Shown here one piece after another: positions 18,164 to 26,820 of a stretch of 48,868 nucleotides of DNA. Under the pieces are notes generated by a model that was given only the letters and a program-made list of their open reading frames with translations, did not search any database and had not been told where the DNA came from. The translations under genes and the position numbers were made by a program. Numbering within the stretch: position 1 is the stretch's first letter; every line of letters begins with the position of its first letter. Origin of the DNA: a virus (lineage: Duplodnaviria > Heunggongvirae > Uroviricota > Caudoviricetes); IMG/VR virus record IMGVR_UViG_2667527965_000003, positions 1 through 48,868 of that record, one strand, 5' to 3'.

Positions 18164-18183
18164 TACTGTTTATACATACAGTA
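18164..18183. promoter_or_regulatory. LexA (SOS) box
   Basis: TACTGTTTATACATACAGTA fits CTGT-N8-ACAG with AT-rich spacer (LexA consensus TACTGTATATATATACAGTA). Confidence 0.65.
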
Positions 18184-18201
18184 TTTTGTTGTATGGTTTA
18201 G

Positions 18202-18327
18202 ATGCTACAGAAAAAAATGAATTTTTCTTCCGGCGAACTTATTAGGAAATTTGCGCCATTTGTTATTTTGGCTCTGTGGAGTGGATTTCTCCCCGCCGGG
18301 AGAGCGTATTTGGTGATAGCAAAGTGA
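18202..18327 (+). CDS. Possible small hydrophobic peptide (41 aa), not in the ORF track
   Basis: ATG at 18202, stop at 18325-18327; MLQKKMNFSSGELIRKFAPFVILALWSGFLPAGRAYLVIAK; about 20 bp downstream of the LexA box; translation unproven. Confidence 0.25.
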   Translation: MLQKKMNFSSGELIRKFAPFVILALWSGFLPAGRAYLVIAK

Positions 18328-18336
18328 GGAGGGGAT

Positions 18337-18531
18337 GTGAGCATAGAGGTCGCCGAAGCGATTAAAACAGTCTCGGAGGGCGGTAAGTTCGTCATTACTT
18401 GCAATAATGGGGAAATTACCAGCCTGGAGCGCGTTAGGGACGATCAGCACGTTCTCTCGCTTGCTGAGTTACTCTACCTTCTTCGAGAAGCTGGGTTCCG
18501 CATTGACGGAGCGGATAGCCTACTGCCATAA
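18337..18531 (+). CDS. Hypothetical small protein (64 aa)
   Basis: GTG start with AGGAGG RBS at 18327-18332; downstream of the LexA box. Confidence 0.4.
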   Translation: MSIEVAEAIKTVSEGGKFVITCNNGEITSLERVRDDQHVLSLAELLYLLREAGFRIDGADSLLP

Positions 18532-18588
18532 TCCTCACGTCGCCTGAACAGCGACACGGAGCAGCAAAGCGCCACGGAGAAAGCTCCC

Positions 18589-19188
18589 ATGGCGCAGTTA
18601 CAACTCATCAAGCAGTCCTCAGGAATCCTGATCCCGGCCACGCCGGAGACCAGCGACTTTCTGCAATCAAAAATCAAGCTCGGCGCCGTGCTGGTGGCCG
18701 ACTTCAAACAGGTCCGTAACCCGGCCTTTCATCGTCGCTTCTTCGCTCTGCTGAATCTCGGCTTCGAATACTGGGAGCCAACCGGCGGCGCTATCTCATC
18801 CAACGAACGCAAGCTGGTGACCGGCTATGCGAAGTTTCTGGCATCGTTCGGCGGGAGCGAAACCGCGCTGCTGGATGCTGCTGAGCAGTATCTCGATCAG
18901 GTGGGCAGCCGCCGCATCACCAATGGCATCAGCCTGTGCAAATCCTTCGACGCCTATCGCGCATGGGTGACCATCGAATCCGGCCACTACGACACCATAC
19001 AGCTGCCTGACGGCATCCTCCGGAAGCATCCCCGCAGCATCGCCTTCGCCAATATGGACGAGACCGAGTTTCAGCAGCTCTACAAAGCCGCGCTCGATGT
19101 TCTGTGGCGCTGGATATTGTCGCGCGCATTCAGGGACCAGCGCGAGGCTGAGAACGCCGCCGCGCAGTTGATGAGCTTCGGAGGCTGA
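18589..19188 (+). CDS. DUF1367-like nin-region protein
   Basis: 199 aa; resembles a family commonly found in lambdoid nin regions (from memory). Confidence 0.5.
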   Translation: MAQLQLIKQSSGILIPATPETSDFLQSKIKLGAVLVADFKQVRNPAFHRRFFALLNLGFEYWEPTGGAISSNERKLVTGYAKFLASFGGSETALLDAAEQYLDQVGSRRITNGISLCKSFDAYRAWVTIESGHYDTIQLPDGILRKHPRSIAFANMDETEFQQLYKAALDVLWRWILSRAFRDQREAENAAAQLMSFGG

Positions 19189-19192
19189 CCAG

Positions 19193-19393
19193 ATGGCGAA
19201 ATCATGGTTCCAGCATACCGATTGCACTACGGCGCAGGCCGACGAACTGATGGCTACGTACCGGGCCCGCGGCGTGGCCGTTGAACGGAGCCTCAATCCT
19301 GACTTCATCACCTGGACCGTCAGCGTCCGGCTGCCGGAAGCAAAGCGGCAGGAACGCACGCCGCGTACGTTCCGCCAAAAGGTCTGGGGGTGA
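19193..19393 (+). CDS. Hypothetical small protein
   Basis: 66-aa ORF between DUF1367-like gene and ninG. Confidence 0.35.
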   Translation: MAKSWFQHTDCTTAQADELMATYRARGVAVERSLNPDFITWTVSVRLPEAKRQERTPRTFRQKVWG

Positions 19394-19395
19394 GC

Positions 19396-20001
19396 ATGTC
19401 TAAGAAACCCCGCCGTAAGTGCACAAACCAGAGCTGCCGCGAGTGGTTCCACCCGGTGCGCAACGGCCAGGTGGTCTGCTGCTACGAGTGCGCCACTGCC
19501 GTCGCCAAAGCGCAGACCGCAAAGAACCGGGCCGAGGCTCTGCGTGCTGAGAAGAAACGCCAGCGCGAAGAGGAGAAGGCGCAGCGTGCGCGGCAGGCCG
19601 AACGCCGCCAGGCGGTGAAGCCATTAAGTTACTTTCGCGACCAGGCCCAACAGGCTTTTAACGAGTTCATCCGATACCGGGATCGGCATCAGCCATGCAT
19701 CAGCTGTGGTCGATATCACTACGGTCAGTATCACGCCGGGCATTACCGCACGACTGGTGCCAATCCGGAGCTGCGCTTCAACGAGGACAACTGCCATAAG
19801 CAGTGTTCGGCCTGCAATAACCATCTTTCTGGCAACCTTACCGCCTACCGTCCGGCGTTGATCGCCAAAATCGGACAGGCCCGCTTTGATGCCCTGATGG
19901 GGCCGCACGAATTACCGAAATGGAAGCGCGACGACTACATCAGGATCCGCGACGAGTACCGCGCAAAGCTCAAAAAACTAAAACAGCAGGTGGCTGCATG
20001 A
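19396..20001 (+). CDS. ninG: NinG/Rap-like recombination-associated protein
   Basis: ATG at 19396; multiple Cys pairs (CTNQSC, CCYEC, CISC, CSAC) and basic Lys/Arg-rich stretch typical of NinG. Confidence 0.65.
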   Translation: MSKKPRRKCTNQSCREWFHPVRNGQVVCCYECATAVAKAQTAKNRAEALRAEKKRQREEEKAQRARQAERRQAVKPLSYFRDQAQQAFNEFIRYRDRHQPCISCGRYHYGQYHAGHYRTTGANPELRFNEDNCHKQCSACNNHLSGNLTAYRPALIAKIGQARFDALMGPHELPKWKRDDYIRIRDEYRAKLKKLKQQVAA

Positions 20002-20138
20002 AACCAGAACTAATCGAATCGCTTCGCATGCGCTGGCTGCGCCTTCGCATTTATCGCCGCCCGGGAACGGTGCTGGTGGACTATCGCATCCTTCGTAACT
20101 TTATTCGCATCTACCAGATTGCAGGAGCTGCAGCGTGA
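19998..20138 (+). CDS. Hypothetical small basic protein (46 aa)
   Basis: ATG at 19998 overlapping the ninG stop; ends overlapping the next start; Arg-rich. Confidence 0.3.
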   Translation: MKPELIESLRMRWLRLRIYRRPGTVLVDYRILRNFIRIYQIAGAAA

Positions 20139-20824
20139 ATACTCAATACCTGGAATTTGTACGCCAGCAGCTCATCGTTGCGACTGCTGATCTGAGCGGG
20201 GCGACCAAAGGGCAGTTGATGGCCTGGCTGGAGAACGCCCAGTTCGATACCGGGACATTTAAGCGGAAGAAGCCTAAAGTATGGGACGAAGAAAGCGAGA
20301 AGTGGGTGCCGGTTGATAACCCACCGATCCCCGGCAAACAGTCACACGCAAAGGGCTCACACATTCCTCTGGTTCAGCCGGTCGAATACTCCACCGCGTC
20401 GTGGCGCCGGGCGGTCCTGTCACTGGAGGAACATCAGAAGGCCTGGCTGCTATGGAACTACAGCGAAAACACGCGCTGGGAGAATCAGGTGTCGATCACC
20501 CAGTGGGCATGGGGCGAGTTCAGGGCGCAGCTGGTTGGTAAGAAAGTGGCCGGTAAGACGATGGAGCGGTTGAAGGCATTAATCTGGCTGGCGGCGCAGG
20601 ACGTGAAAGCTGAACTGGCCGGGCGGGAGACTTACCAGAAGCAGGAACTGGCTGAGCTATGCGGTGTGAAGCCGGATAACTGGAGTCATAACTACGCCGA
20701 TTACTGGAATGCCATGTGCGCCATATTTGAGCGACTTGATAGTGATGCTTTACTGCGAGCAGTGAGAACACGATCACAACAAAAATCAGCAAATTCGCAG
20801 CAAGGTATTGCAAAAGTCAATTAA
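20135..20824 (+). CDS. Putative late-gene antiterminator (Q-like)
   Basis: 229 aa; GTG start with AGGAG RBS; positioned after ninG and before the lysis cassette as Q is in lambdoid phages; call is mainly positional. Confidence 0.45.
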   Translation: MNTQYLEFVRQQLIVATADLSGATKGQLMAWLENAQFDTGTFKRKKPKVWDEESEKWVPVDNPPIPGKQSHAKGSHIPLVQPVEYSTASWRRAVLSLEEHQKAWLLWNYSENTRWENQVSITQWAWGEFRAQLVGKKVAGKTMERLKALIWLAAQDVKAELAGRETYQKQELAELCGVKPDNWSHNYADYWNAMCAIFERLDSDALLRAVRTRSQQKSANSQQGIAKVN

Positions 20825-20902
20825 ATAGGCCATATTCACGTCTACTTTGATATGCTGCCTTAACTTTAAGTGGCGGCATTGAAGAAAGAAGAAAAGATTC
20901 CA

Positions 20903-20934
20903 GCCCTGCGGTTAACCCCACGGGGCTTTGTCGT
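20903..20934 (+). terminator. Possible tR'-like terminator downstream of Q-like gene
   Basis: GCCCTG...CGGGGC imperfect hairpin followed by TTTGTCGTTTCT about 80 nt after the Q-like stop. Confidence 0.3.
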
Positions 20935-21392
20935 TTCTGGAGGGCCATAATATGTGACAGCCAAACGGATAGACCGCAGCCAAAAGGCAATGCAGCAGTC
21001 ATGATGCTGCCCTGAGTCGCTATTGAGCGAGCCTGTGTAGTGACGGGTCAAGGTTCATATATCAAAAAAAGCTCCGGTAGAGCAGCGCGAACGCCAGACG
21101 CGCACCGGTTATCAGCGGCGATGATGCGACAGCGACTCAAGGGCATGAGCGTAGCCACTCCGGGAAGTGGCAAAGAGTTTACAGCCCCGCTTTAGCGAGG
21201 CTTTTCGTTTTCAAATGGTCTTACGACACCAATATCTACCAAGTAGGTGTCCGAGCCAGCGCAAACTACGACTGATGAAGCTAAAAGCAGAAACCTAATG
21301 GTCTCGTAGTCCCCCGTGCGCTGGTATGGTGGGGGAGTGAGGTAGATAATTATATTTTTTAAGCGGTAAGCTCATAAGCATGTGGCTTAATC

Positions 21393-21923
21393 CTACTTCA
21401 GCTTAATAGAAAACCCCTCCCTGGGATCTATCATCTTTATTTCGAGCAGCCCGTTTATTTTACTTGTTTTTTCACGATCATCTTTAATATCTATTAACCA
21501 GGCATTAACTGCTGCCATTACGTCTTTGCCAAATTGCTCAACGGAAAGTAACAGCGTACTGTTAAACTGGTTGCAGTGGAATCCGCCCGGACCAGAAGTA
21601 TTCTGAACAAATACAAAATCTCGCAATACATCTCTTGCGTTCTGAGAGGTGATATCACCACTTCCTTCATGTAAATAGGCGCATCGCAACGCATAGAAAT
21701 CGGAACCTGTCAGGAACACACGATCTTCTCTGTTGCCAGCTATGTTACGTGTATACGCATGTTTTAGATATTTGTTATACCAGTGTATGGTTCTTGCCTT
21801 CGAGCCTTTGTTTGGGTCATCTATTTTCCCGCAAATATCAGGAAGAGTCAGGGATATAAACAATACTGAGTACCAATTTTTGGTTTTGATAGACATATCT
21901 AGTGCTTGAATAAAATTATTCAT
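21393..21923 (-). CDS. HEPN-motif protein (candidate abortive-infection or toxin RNase), low-GC moron
   Basis: 176 aa on the strand opposite to flanking late genes; contains RCAYLHEGSG (Rx4H with following Gly); GC visibly lower than backbone. Confidence 0.45.
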   Translation of the reverse strand: MNNFIQALDMSIKTKNWYSVLFISLTLPDICGKIDDPNKGSKARTIHWYNKYLKHAYTRNIAGNREDRVFLTGSDFYALRCAYLHEGSGDITSQNARDVLRDFVFVQNTSGPGGFHCNQFNSTLLLSVEQFGKDVMAAVNAWLIDIKDDREKTSKINGLLEIKMIDPREGFSIKLK

Positions 21924-22141
21924 TTCGGCAACTCCATTTGATTAAATTACTATTTAATACAATCTAATAGAATCCAACTAAAAGTTGGTTCCAGCAACAT
22001 AATTACGTCAACTCTCTGAATTTGATCACCATTCCAGGCCCTGTAGTGGGGCATTTTTCTATTTGAGGCTCCGGGCAACACCCTTAACACGCTTTGTTGT
22101 TAATTCACCACGAGAGCCCGACCTCTACACATGGACCACCT

Positions 22142-22540
22142 ATGTCTGAACCTCTAACCATTGCTGGCGGTGTCACGTCCGCAACTATCGGAGTGACGTT
22201 CGCATCTTTGTTCCCCGAGGCAACGCCCGGCGTAATGCTGTGCGCGCTGGCTGGTGCAGCAATGTACGTTCTGACATCCGATCCACACCAACTGTGGAAG
22301 CAGTTCCTGTTCGCCGTCATCAGCTTTGTCGGCGGGGTTTTCTTCTCGGTGCCGATGGCGAAGATACTGGCCGGGGTGATTAATACCGCCCTTGGCCTGT
22401 TGCAGCCGCCGGTAAGCATCGAGGTATCCCCGAATATCGGCGCACTGGTTTCCGCTTCCATCTCTGTCGCAGTCCTGCTTCGCATCCTCGCCAAATCAAA
22501 ACGGGGGAAGATGCCGGGACTGGAGGAGGAAGGCCAATGA
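22142..22540 (+). CDS. Putative holin
   Basis: 132 aa from ATG at 22142 with several hydrophobic segments; first gene of lysis cassette; start uncertain. Confidence 0.5.
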   Translation: MSEPLTIAGGVTSATIGVTFASLFPEATPGVMLCALAGAAMYVLTSDPHQLWKQFLFAVISFVGGVFFSVPMAKILAGVINTALGLLQPPVSIEVSPNIGALVSASISVAVLLRILAKSKRGKMPGLEEEGQ

Positions 22541-22818
22541 CATGGCAAAACATCATTCTGGATGCAAACGCCATAATCTGTGCCCTGATCGTCGTCAGGC
22601 TGATGTTCTTCAGTAAAAGCGGTAAGCGGCACAGGCCAGGTGTAACGCTGATGGCGTACCTGATGATTCTGGCCGCCGGTTTCACGGCGTTTCGCATTCT
22701 CTACGGTAAATACCTGCAGGTGGATCCGGGAGAGCTGATGCTGAACGTCGCCATATGCGTCGCGGTGTGGCGCTCCCGCGGTAATCTCGCCAAAGTTTTT
22801 CAGAAGGCCGGGCAATGA
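22537..22818 (+). CDS. Putative holin/antiholin-like membrane protein
   Basis: 93 aa with two hydrophobic helices (IICALIVVRLMFF, LMAYLMILAAGFTAF); overlaps neighbours. Confidence 0.5.
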   Translation: MTWQNIILDANAIICALIVVRLMFFSKSGKRHRPGVTLMAYLMILAAGFTAFRILYGKYLQVDPGELMLNVAICVAVWRSRGNLAKVFQKAGQ

Positions 22819-23357
22819 ACAAAGACGACATCTTCAACGCTATCCTCGGCAAAGAGGGCGGTTACGTGAATCACCCTGATGACAAAGGCGGCCCGACGAA
22901 CTGGGGCATTACCCAGGCGACAGCTCGCGCTCATGGCTATACCGGTGATATGCGCAACTTGACCCGCAAGCAGGCTCTGGAAATCCTCGAGGCTGATTAC
23001 TGGTATGGTCCACGCTTCGATCAAGTGGCGGCCGTCTCACCAGTTATAGCTGCAGAACTCTGTGACACCGGCGTGAATATGGGGCCATCCGTACAGGTGA
23101 AATGGTTCCAGCGCTGGCTGAACGTATTCAACAACCAGCAGCAGTTTTATCCCGACCTGATCGCCGACGGCCAGATTGGGCCGCGCAGCATCAGCGCGCT
23201 GAAATCTTTCCTGGCGAAACGCGGTAGTGAAGGGGAGGCCGTATTGCTCCGCGCATTGAACTGCAGCCAGGGTCAGCGTTATCTCGAGCTGGCAGAGCAG
23301 CGCGCGGCTAACGAGTCATTCGCCTATGGCTGGATTCGGGAGCGCGTGACCCTATGA
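22815..23357 (+). CDS. Endolysin, GH108-type lysozyme with peptidoglycan-binding domain
   Basis: N-terminal EGGYVNHPDDKGGPTNWGIT resembles the GH108 motif; C-terminal part resembles a PG-binding domain. Confidence 0.7.
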   Translation: MNKDDIFNAILGKEGGYVNHPDDKGGPTNWGITQATARAHGYTGDMRNLTRKQALEILEADYWYGPRFDQVAAVSPVIAAELCDTGVNMGPSVQVKWFQRWLNVFNNQQQFYPDLIADGQIGPRSISALKSFLAKRGSEGEAVLLRALNCSQGQRYLELAEQRAANESFAYGWIRERVTL

Positions 23358-23626
23358 CCAAACTGAAAGCCATCCTGGCGTTTATCGTCACTGCTGTGCT
23401 GGTGGTGCTGGGCGCTTTTGGCCTGGGCAGCATGCGTGGCCGGGAGAGGGCGGAAGCCAAAGCCGATAAGCAGCGAACCGACGAGAACGCCGCAGCCACC
23501 AAAGCAGCTGCAGAACGCCGCGTTGAAGTAACCAAGGAGGCCAGCAATGTTCACCAGACGGTTAACCATATGCCTGATGACGATGTCGATCGTGAGCTGC
23601 GCACAAACTGGACCCGCAAAGGTTGA
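23354..23626 (+). CDS. i-spanin (Rz-like)
   Basis: 90 aa with N-terminal TM helix then charged coiled-coil; contains embedded o-spanin gene. Confidence 0.6.
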   Translation: MTKLKAILAFIVTAVLVVLGAFGLGSMRGRERAEAKADKQRTDENAAATKAAAERRVEVTKEASNVHQTVNHMPDDDVDRELRTNWTRKG

Positions 23627-23780
23627 GCTCATTGATACTGGCTGCGACTGGGTCAACGTCATTCGCCTCAGTGAGCACGACATCGAAGTGATGGATCGCC
23701 AGACGAAGCGCGACATCCTGGCACATAACAAATCGTGGCAGGCGAACTGCCAGCCAAACAGTGTGATATCCATTAAATAG
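23547..23780 (+). CDS. o-spanin (Rz1-like lipoprotein)
   Basis: AAGGAGG RBS before ATG at 23547; lipobox IVSC; overlaps i-spanin in another frame. Confidence 0.6.
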   Translation: MFTRRLTICLMTMSIVSCAQTGPAKVELIDTGCDWVNVIRLSEHDIEVMDRQTKRDILAHNKSWQANCQPNSVISIK

Positions 23781-23840
23781 CAGGTTGATTTAGGAAAGGT
23801 AAATGGCATAGTAAATCCCATCATTCAATGAGGATTAATT

Positions 23841-24062
23841 ATGACGACCGAAGAGACTAAGCATTATCTTGCACTTGGTGGAGAAATGCATGGGAAAGTC
23901 ATTTCTGACTTAAGCGACGAATATCAACCGCTGGAGCATATGGCAGCTACTGGTAACGGTCCTTTTCGCCATTACCATGTCGCCTGTCATGACACCTATG
24001 ATCGATCTAATACATTACGGGATATTGAGGCTCACGGGTTTAGACCGCATAGGGTTGAGTGA
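23841..24062 (+). CDS. Hypothetical small protein
   Basis: 73-aa ORF after spanins, followed by a strong terminator. Confidence 0.35.
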   Translation: MTTEETKHYLALGGEMHGKVISDLSDEYQPLEHMAATGNGPFRHYHVACHDTYDRSNTLRDIEAHGFRPHRVE

Positions 24063-24092
24063 ATCTCTTGACGTAATAACTAAGAGAATCAA

Positions 24093-24113
24093 GCCGCCTC
24101 CGGGCGGTTTTTT
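24093..24113 (+). terminator. Rho-independent terminator
   Basis: CCGCC-TCCG-GGCGG hairpin followed by TTTTTT. Confidence 0.6.
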
Positions 24114-24187
24114 ATTGCCATCAACATGGGGAAACCTATCGTAATGGCTGCAAAGGTTAAATCGTAGTTAAGCCCTGCAGGGGATAA

Positions 24188-24838
24188 ATGGAGCACTCCA
24201 TGCCGATCGATGACGAGCGCAGGCCATATCCACCGGTTAGCTTCATTAACGCTGAGAACTGGCACCCTTACACCAGACTGATCCCTGCCAGCGAAGTGAA
24301 TGAGTGGGTAAACCGGCAAATCCTCAGTGACGAAGGCAGTATCCACAACCCAGACCATGAGCATCTGATCGATGCGGATCTCTGCTTCATGTGGGCGTCA
24401 GACTCGTTCGCGAAGAAAGGGCGCTTTGTGCTCGGCCAGGCTGAACAGGTAATGCTGCGTGCTGGTGGGTGGCAGAAGGCCCGGATGGAACAGCAGATGC
24501 ATGAATGGTTCGGGCGCGTTCCGAAGTACATCATCACGCTGGCTGCCGATTACTGTTCACAGTGCAGCGACCTCGAGTTCTGCGCGCTGGTTGAACATGA
24601 GCTTTACCACATCGCCCAAGCCACTGATGATTTTGGTGCGCCGAAGTTCAACAAAGAGACCGGCCAGCCAGTGCTTACTCTGCGCGGCCACGACGTCGAA
24701 GAGTTCGTTGGCGTAGTACGCCGGTACGGTGCCAGCAAAGATGTGCAGGAGCTGGTGGACGCGGCCAATGCGCCAGCGGAAGTCGCTCACCTTGATATCG
24801 CCAGATCATGCGGAACGTGCATGCTGAAACTGGCTTAA
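24188..24838 (+). CDS. HExxH-motif protein (putative phage metallopeptidase)
   Basis: 216 aa; HELYH motif (ALVEHELYHIAQ); located just upstream of terminase small subunit. Confidence 0.4.
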   Translation: MEHSMPIDDERRPYPPVSFINAENWHPYTRLIPASEVNEWVNRQILSDEGSIHNPDHEHLIDADLCFMWASDSFAKKGRFVLGQAEQVMLRAGGWQKARMEQQMHEWFGRVPKYIITLAADYCSQCSDLEFCALVEHELYHIAQATDDFGAPKFNKETGQPVLTLRGHDVEEFVGVVRRYGASKDVQELVDAANAPAEVAHLDIARSCGTCMLKLA

Positions 24839-24870
24839 CTTTATGACTGATTATGACAGGCAGGTGATTT

Positions 24871-25350
24871 ATGGCGGCACTGAAAGGTGAGGTCAAAGCC
24901 TTCATCGTTCAGTCTCTTGCCTGCTTTGATACCCCCTCTCAAGTGGTTGAGTCGGTCAAAAAAGAATTTGGCCTGGCGATACCTCGTCAGCAGGTCGAAT
25001 CCCACGACCCGACGAAAGCAAACGGCAAAGGACTGGCGCAAAAATGGGTGGACATGTTCAACGCCACCCGCGAACGCTTCCAGAGTGAAATCTCCGACAT
25101 CCCGATCGCCAATAAGGCGTACCGGCTGCGCGTTCTCGACCGCATGGCTACGCGTGCCGAGGGAATGAAGAACCTCGCGTTAACCGCGGAGATTATCGAG
25201 CAGGCCGCCAAAGAGTGCGGCGACGCTTACACCAACAGGCACAAGTTCGAGCATTCCGGCCCCAATGGTGGCGCTATCCAGACGATCACTATGAGCAAGG
25301 ATGAATATAAGTCAGCACGGCAGGAGATGATGGAGGATGACGACTGCTGA
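24871..25350 (+). CDS. Terminase small subunit
   Basis: 159 aa immediately upstream of and overlapping the large terminase gene; family resemblance from memory. Confidence 0.55.
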   Translation: MAALKGEVKAFIVQSLACFDTPSQVVESVKKEFGLAIPRQQVESHDPTKANGKGLAQKWVDMFNATRERFQSEISDIPIANKAYRLRVLDRMATRAEGMKNLALTAEIIEQAAKECGDAYTNRHKFEHSGPNGGAIQTITMSKDEYKSARQEMMEDDDC

Positions 25351-26809
25351 GCAAAAGACATTTGCCCGTCGGGTAGAGTGTGAAGAGGACGGCCTGTATT
25401 ACGCGCGCTACTTCTTCAAGCAGCGCACCGGCGGCAAGATGATTGTCGCGCCTCACCACAAGGTGATTCAGCAGACGCTGGATCGCGTTATCGATGGTGA
25501 GATTACGCGCCTGATCATCAACGTTCCGCCTGGGTACACGAAGACGGAACTGGCGACCATCAACATGATGGGCCGCGGACTGGCGCTGAACTGCCGGGCC
25601 CGCTTTATGCACCTGTCATATTCGCACAATCTGGCGCTGCTGAACTCCTCCACCGCGCGCGGCATGATTAAGTCCCAGGCCTATCAGTCGATGTGGCCCA
25701 TGTCGCTACGCGATGACGCTGACAGTAAGGCGATGTGGTGGACCGAACATGGTGGCGGCGTTTATGCATCGTCAGCTGCCGGGCAGGTTACCGGCTTTCG
25801 TGCCGGGCATATGGAACCAGGCTGGCAGGGCGCGCTGATTATCGATGACCCGGTTAAGCCGGATGACGCTTATTCAGAGATCGTCCGTGACGGCGTCAAC
25901 AACCGCTTTAACGAGACAATCAAATCACGACTGGCGATCGAGACGACGCCGATGATTGTCATCATGCAGCGCATTCACTACCACGACCTGAGCGGCTACC
26001 TGCTGCGGGGTGGTAGCGGCGAGAAGTGGCACCACCTGAATCTGCCGGTACTCATCAACAACAGTCAGGCATACGCCGACCAGTACCCGGAAAACACCCA
26101 CGCCATCCCGGTTGACCACGGCCTGCCTGATGGCTGGCTATGGCCGTTTAAGCACAACGAGTCGCACCGCGTATCGCTGTTTTCTCACCGGCGCACCGCC
26201 GAAGCCCAGTACATGCAGAACCCGAAACGCTTCAATGCGGAGGGAGCGCTGTGGAACGAGGAGATGATCAGCGCCGCACACGCGATGCGGATCACTCAAG
26301 AGCTTGTCCGTACGGTCGTGGCAATCGACCCGCAGGCCACCAACAGCGAAGCGAGTGACGAATCAGGCATTGCCGTCGCCAGTGCTTACGGAACCGGCGA
26401 CGAGCGGCAGTACAGCCTCGATGCGGATTACAGCGGGAAGTATTCACCAAACGGTTGGGCCACCAAAGCCATTGAAGCCTATGAGCAGCACGAAGCTGAC
26501 GCGATCGTAATCGAAACCAACCAGGGCGGCGATATGGCGGAGGACACGCTGCGCAATGCCGGGTTCAGCGGCCGCATCATCCGCGTGCACGCCAGTAAGG
26601 GTAAATACGCACGTGCAGAGCCCATCTCTGCGCTGTATGCGCAGGGCCGGGTCGCTCACCGTGGCAGCCTCTACGAGATCGAGAATCAGTTTATGGAGTA
26701 CGTGCCATCTACTGCGAAGAAATCACCTGACCGGCTTGATGCCGCGGTATACGCGCTCACCGAACTATCAGAACCACAATCAACCGGCATGTTGGTGCGC
26801 TCGCGCTGA
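25337..26809 (+). CDS. Terminase large subunit
   Basis: 490 aa; position between small terminase and portal; Walker-like and nuclease-region segments not individually verified. Confidence 0.7.
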   Translation: MTTAEQKTFARRVECEEDGLYYARYFFKQRTGGKMIVAPHHKVIQQTLDRVIDGEITRLIINVPPGYTKTELATINMMGRGLALNCRARFMHLSYSHNLALLNSSTARGMIKSQAYQSMWPMSLRDDADSKAMWWTEHGGGVYASSAAGQVTGFRAGHMEPGWQGALIIDDPVKPDDAYSEIVRDGVNNRFNETIKSRLAIETTPMIVIMQRIHYHDLSGYLLRGGSGEKWHHLNLPVLINNSQAYADQYPENTHAIPVDHGLPDGWLWPFKHNESHRVSLFSHRRTAEAQYMQNPKRFNAEGALWNEEMISAAHAMRITQELVRTVVAIDPQATNSEASDESGIAVASAYGTGDERQYSLDADYSGKYSPNGWATKAIEAYEQHEADAIVIETNQGGDMAEDTLRNAGFSGRIIRVHASKGKYARAEPISALYAQGRVAHRGSLYEIENQFMEYVPSTAKKSPDRLDAAVYALTELSEPQSTGMLVRSR

Positions 26810-26820
26810 CGGAGGAGACC

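Noticed and set aside
20825-22141. Possible Shiga-toxin-like or other classical virulence cargo between Q and the lysis genes
   Set aside because: The only gene there (21393-21923) is on the opposite strand, has no signal peptide or A/B toxin features, and carries an Rx4H HEPN-like motif instead.
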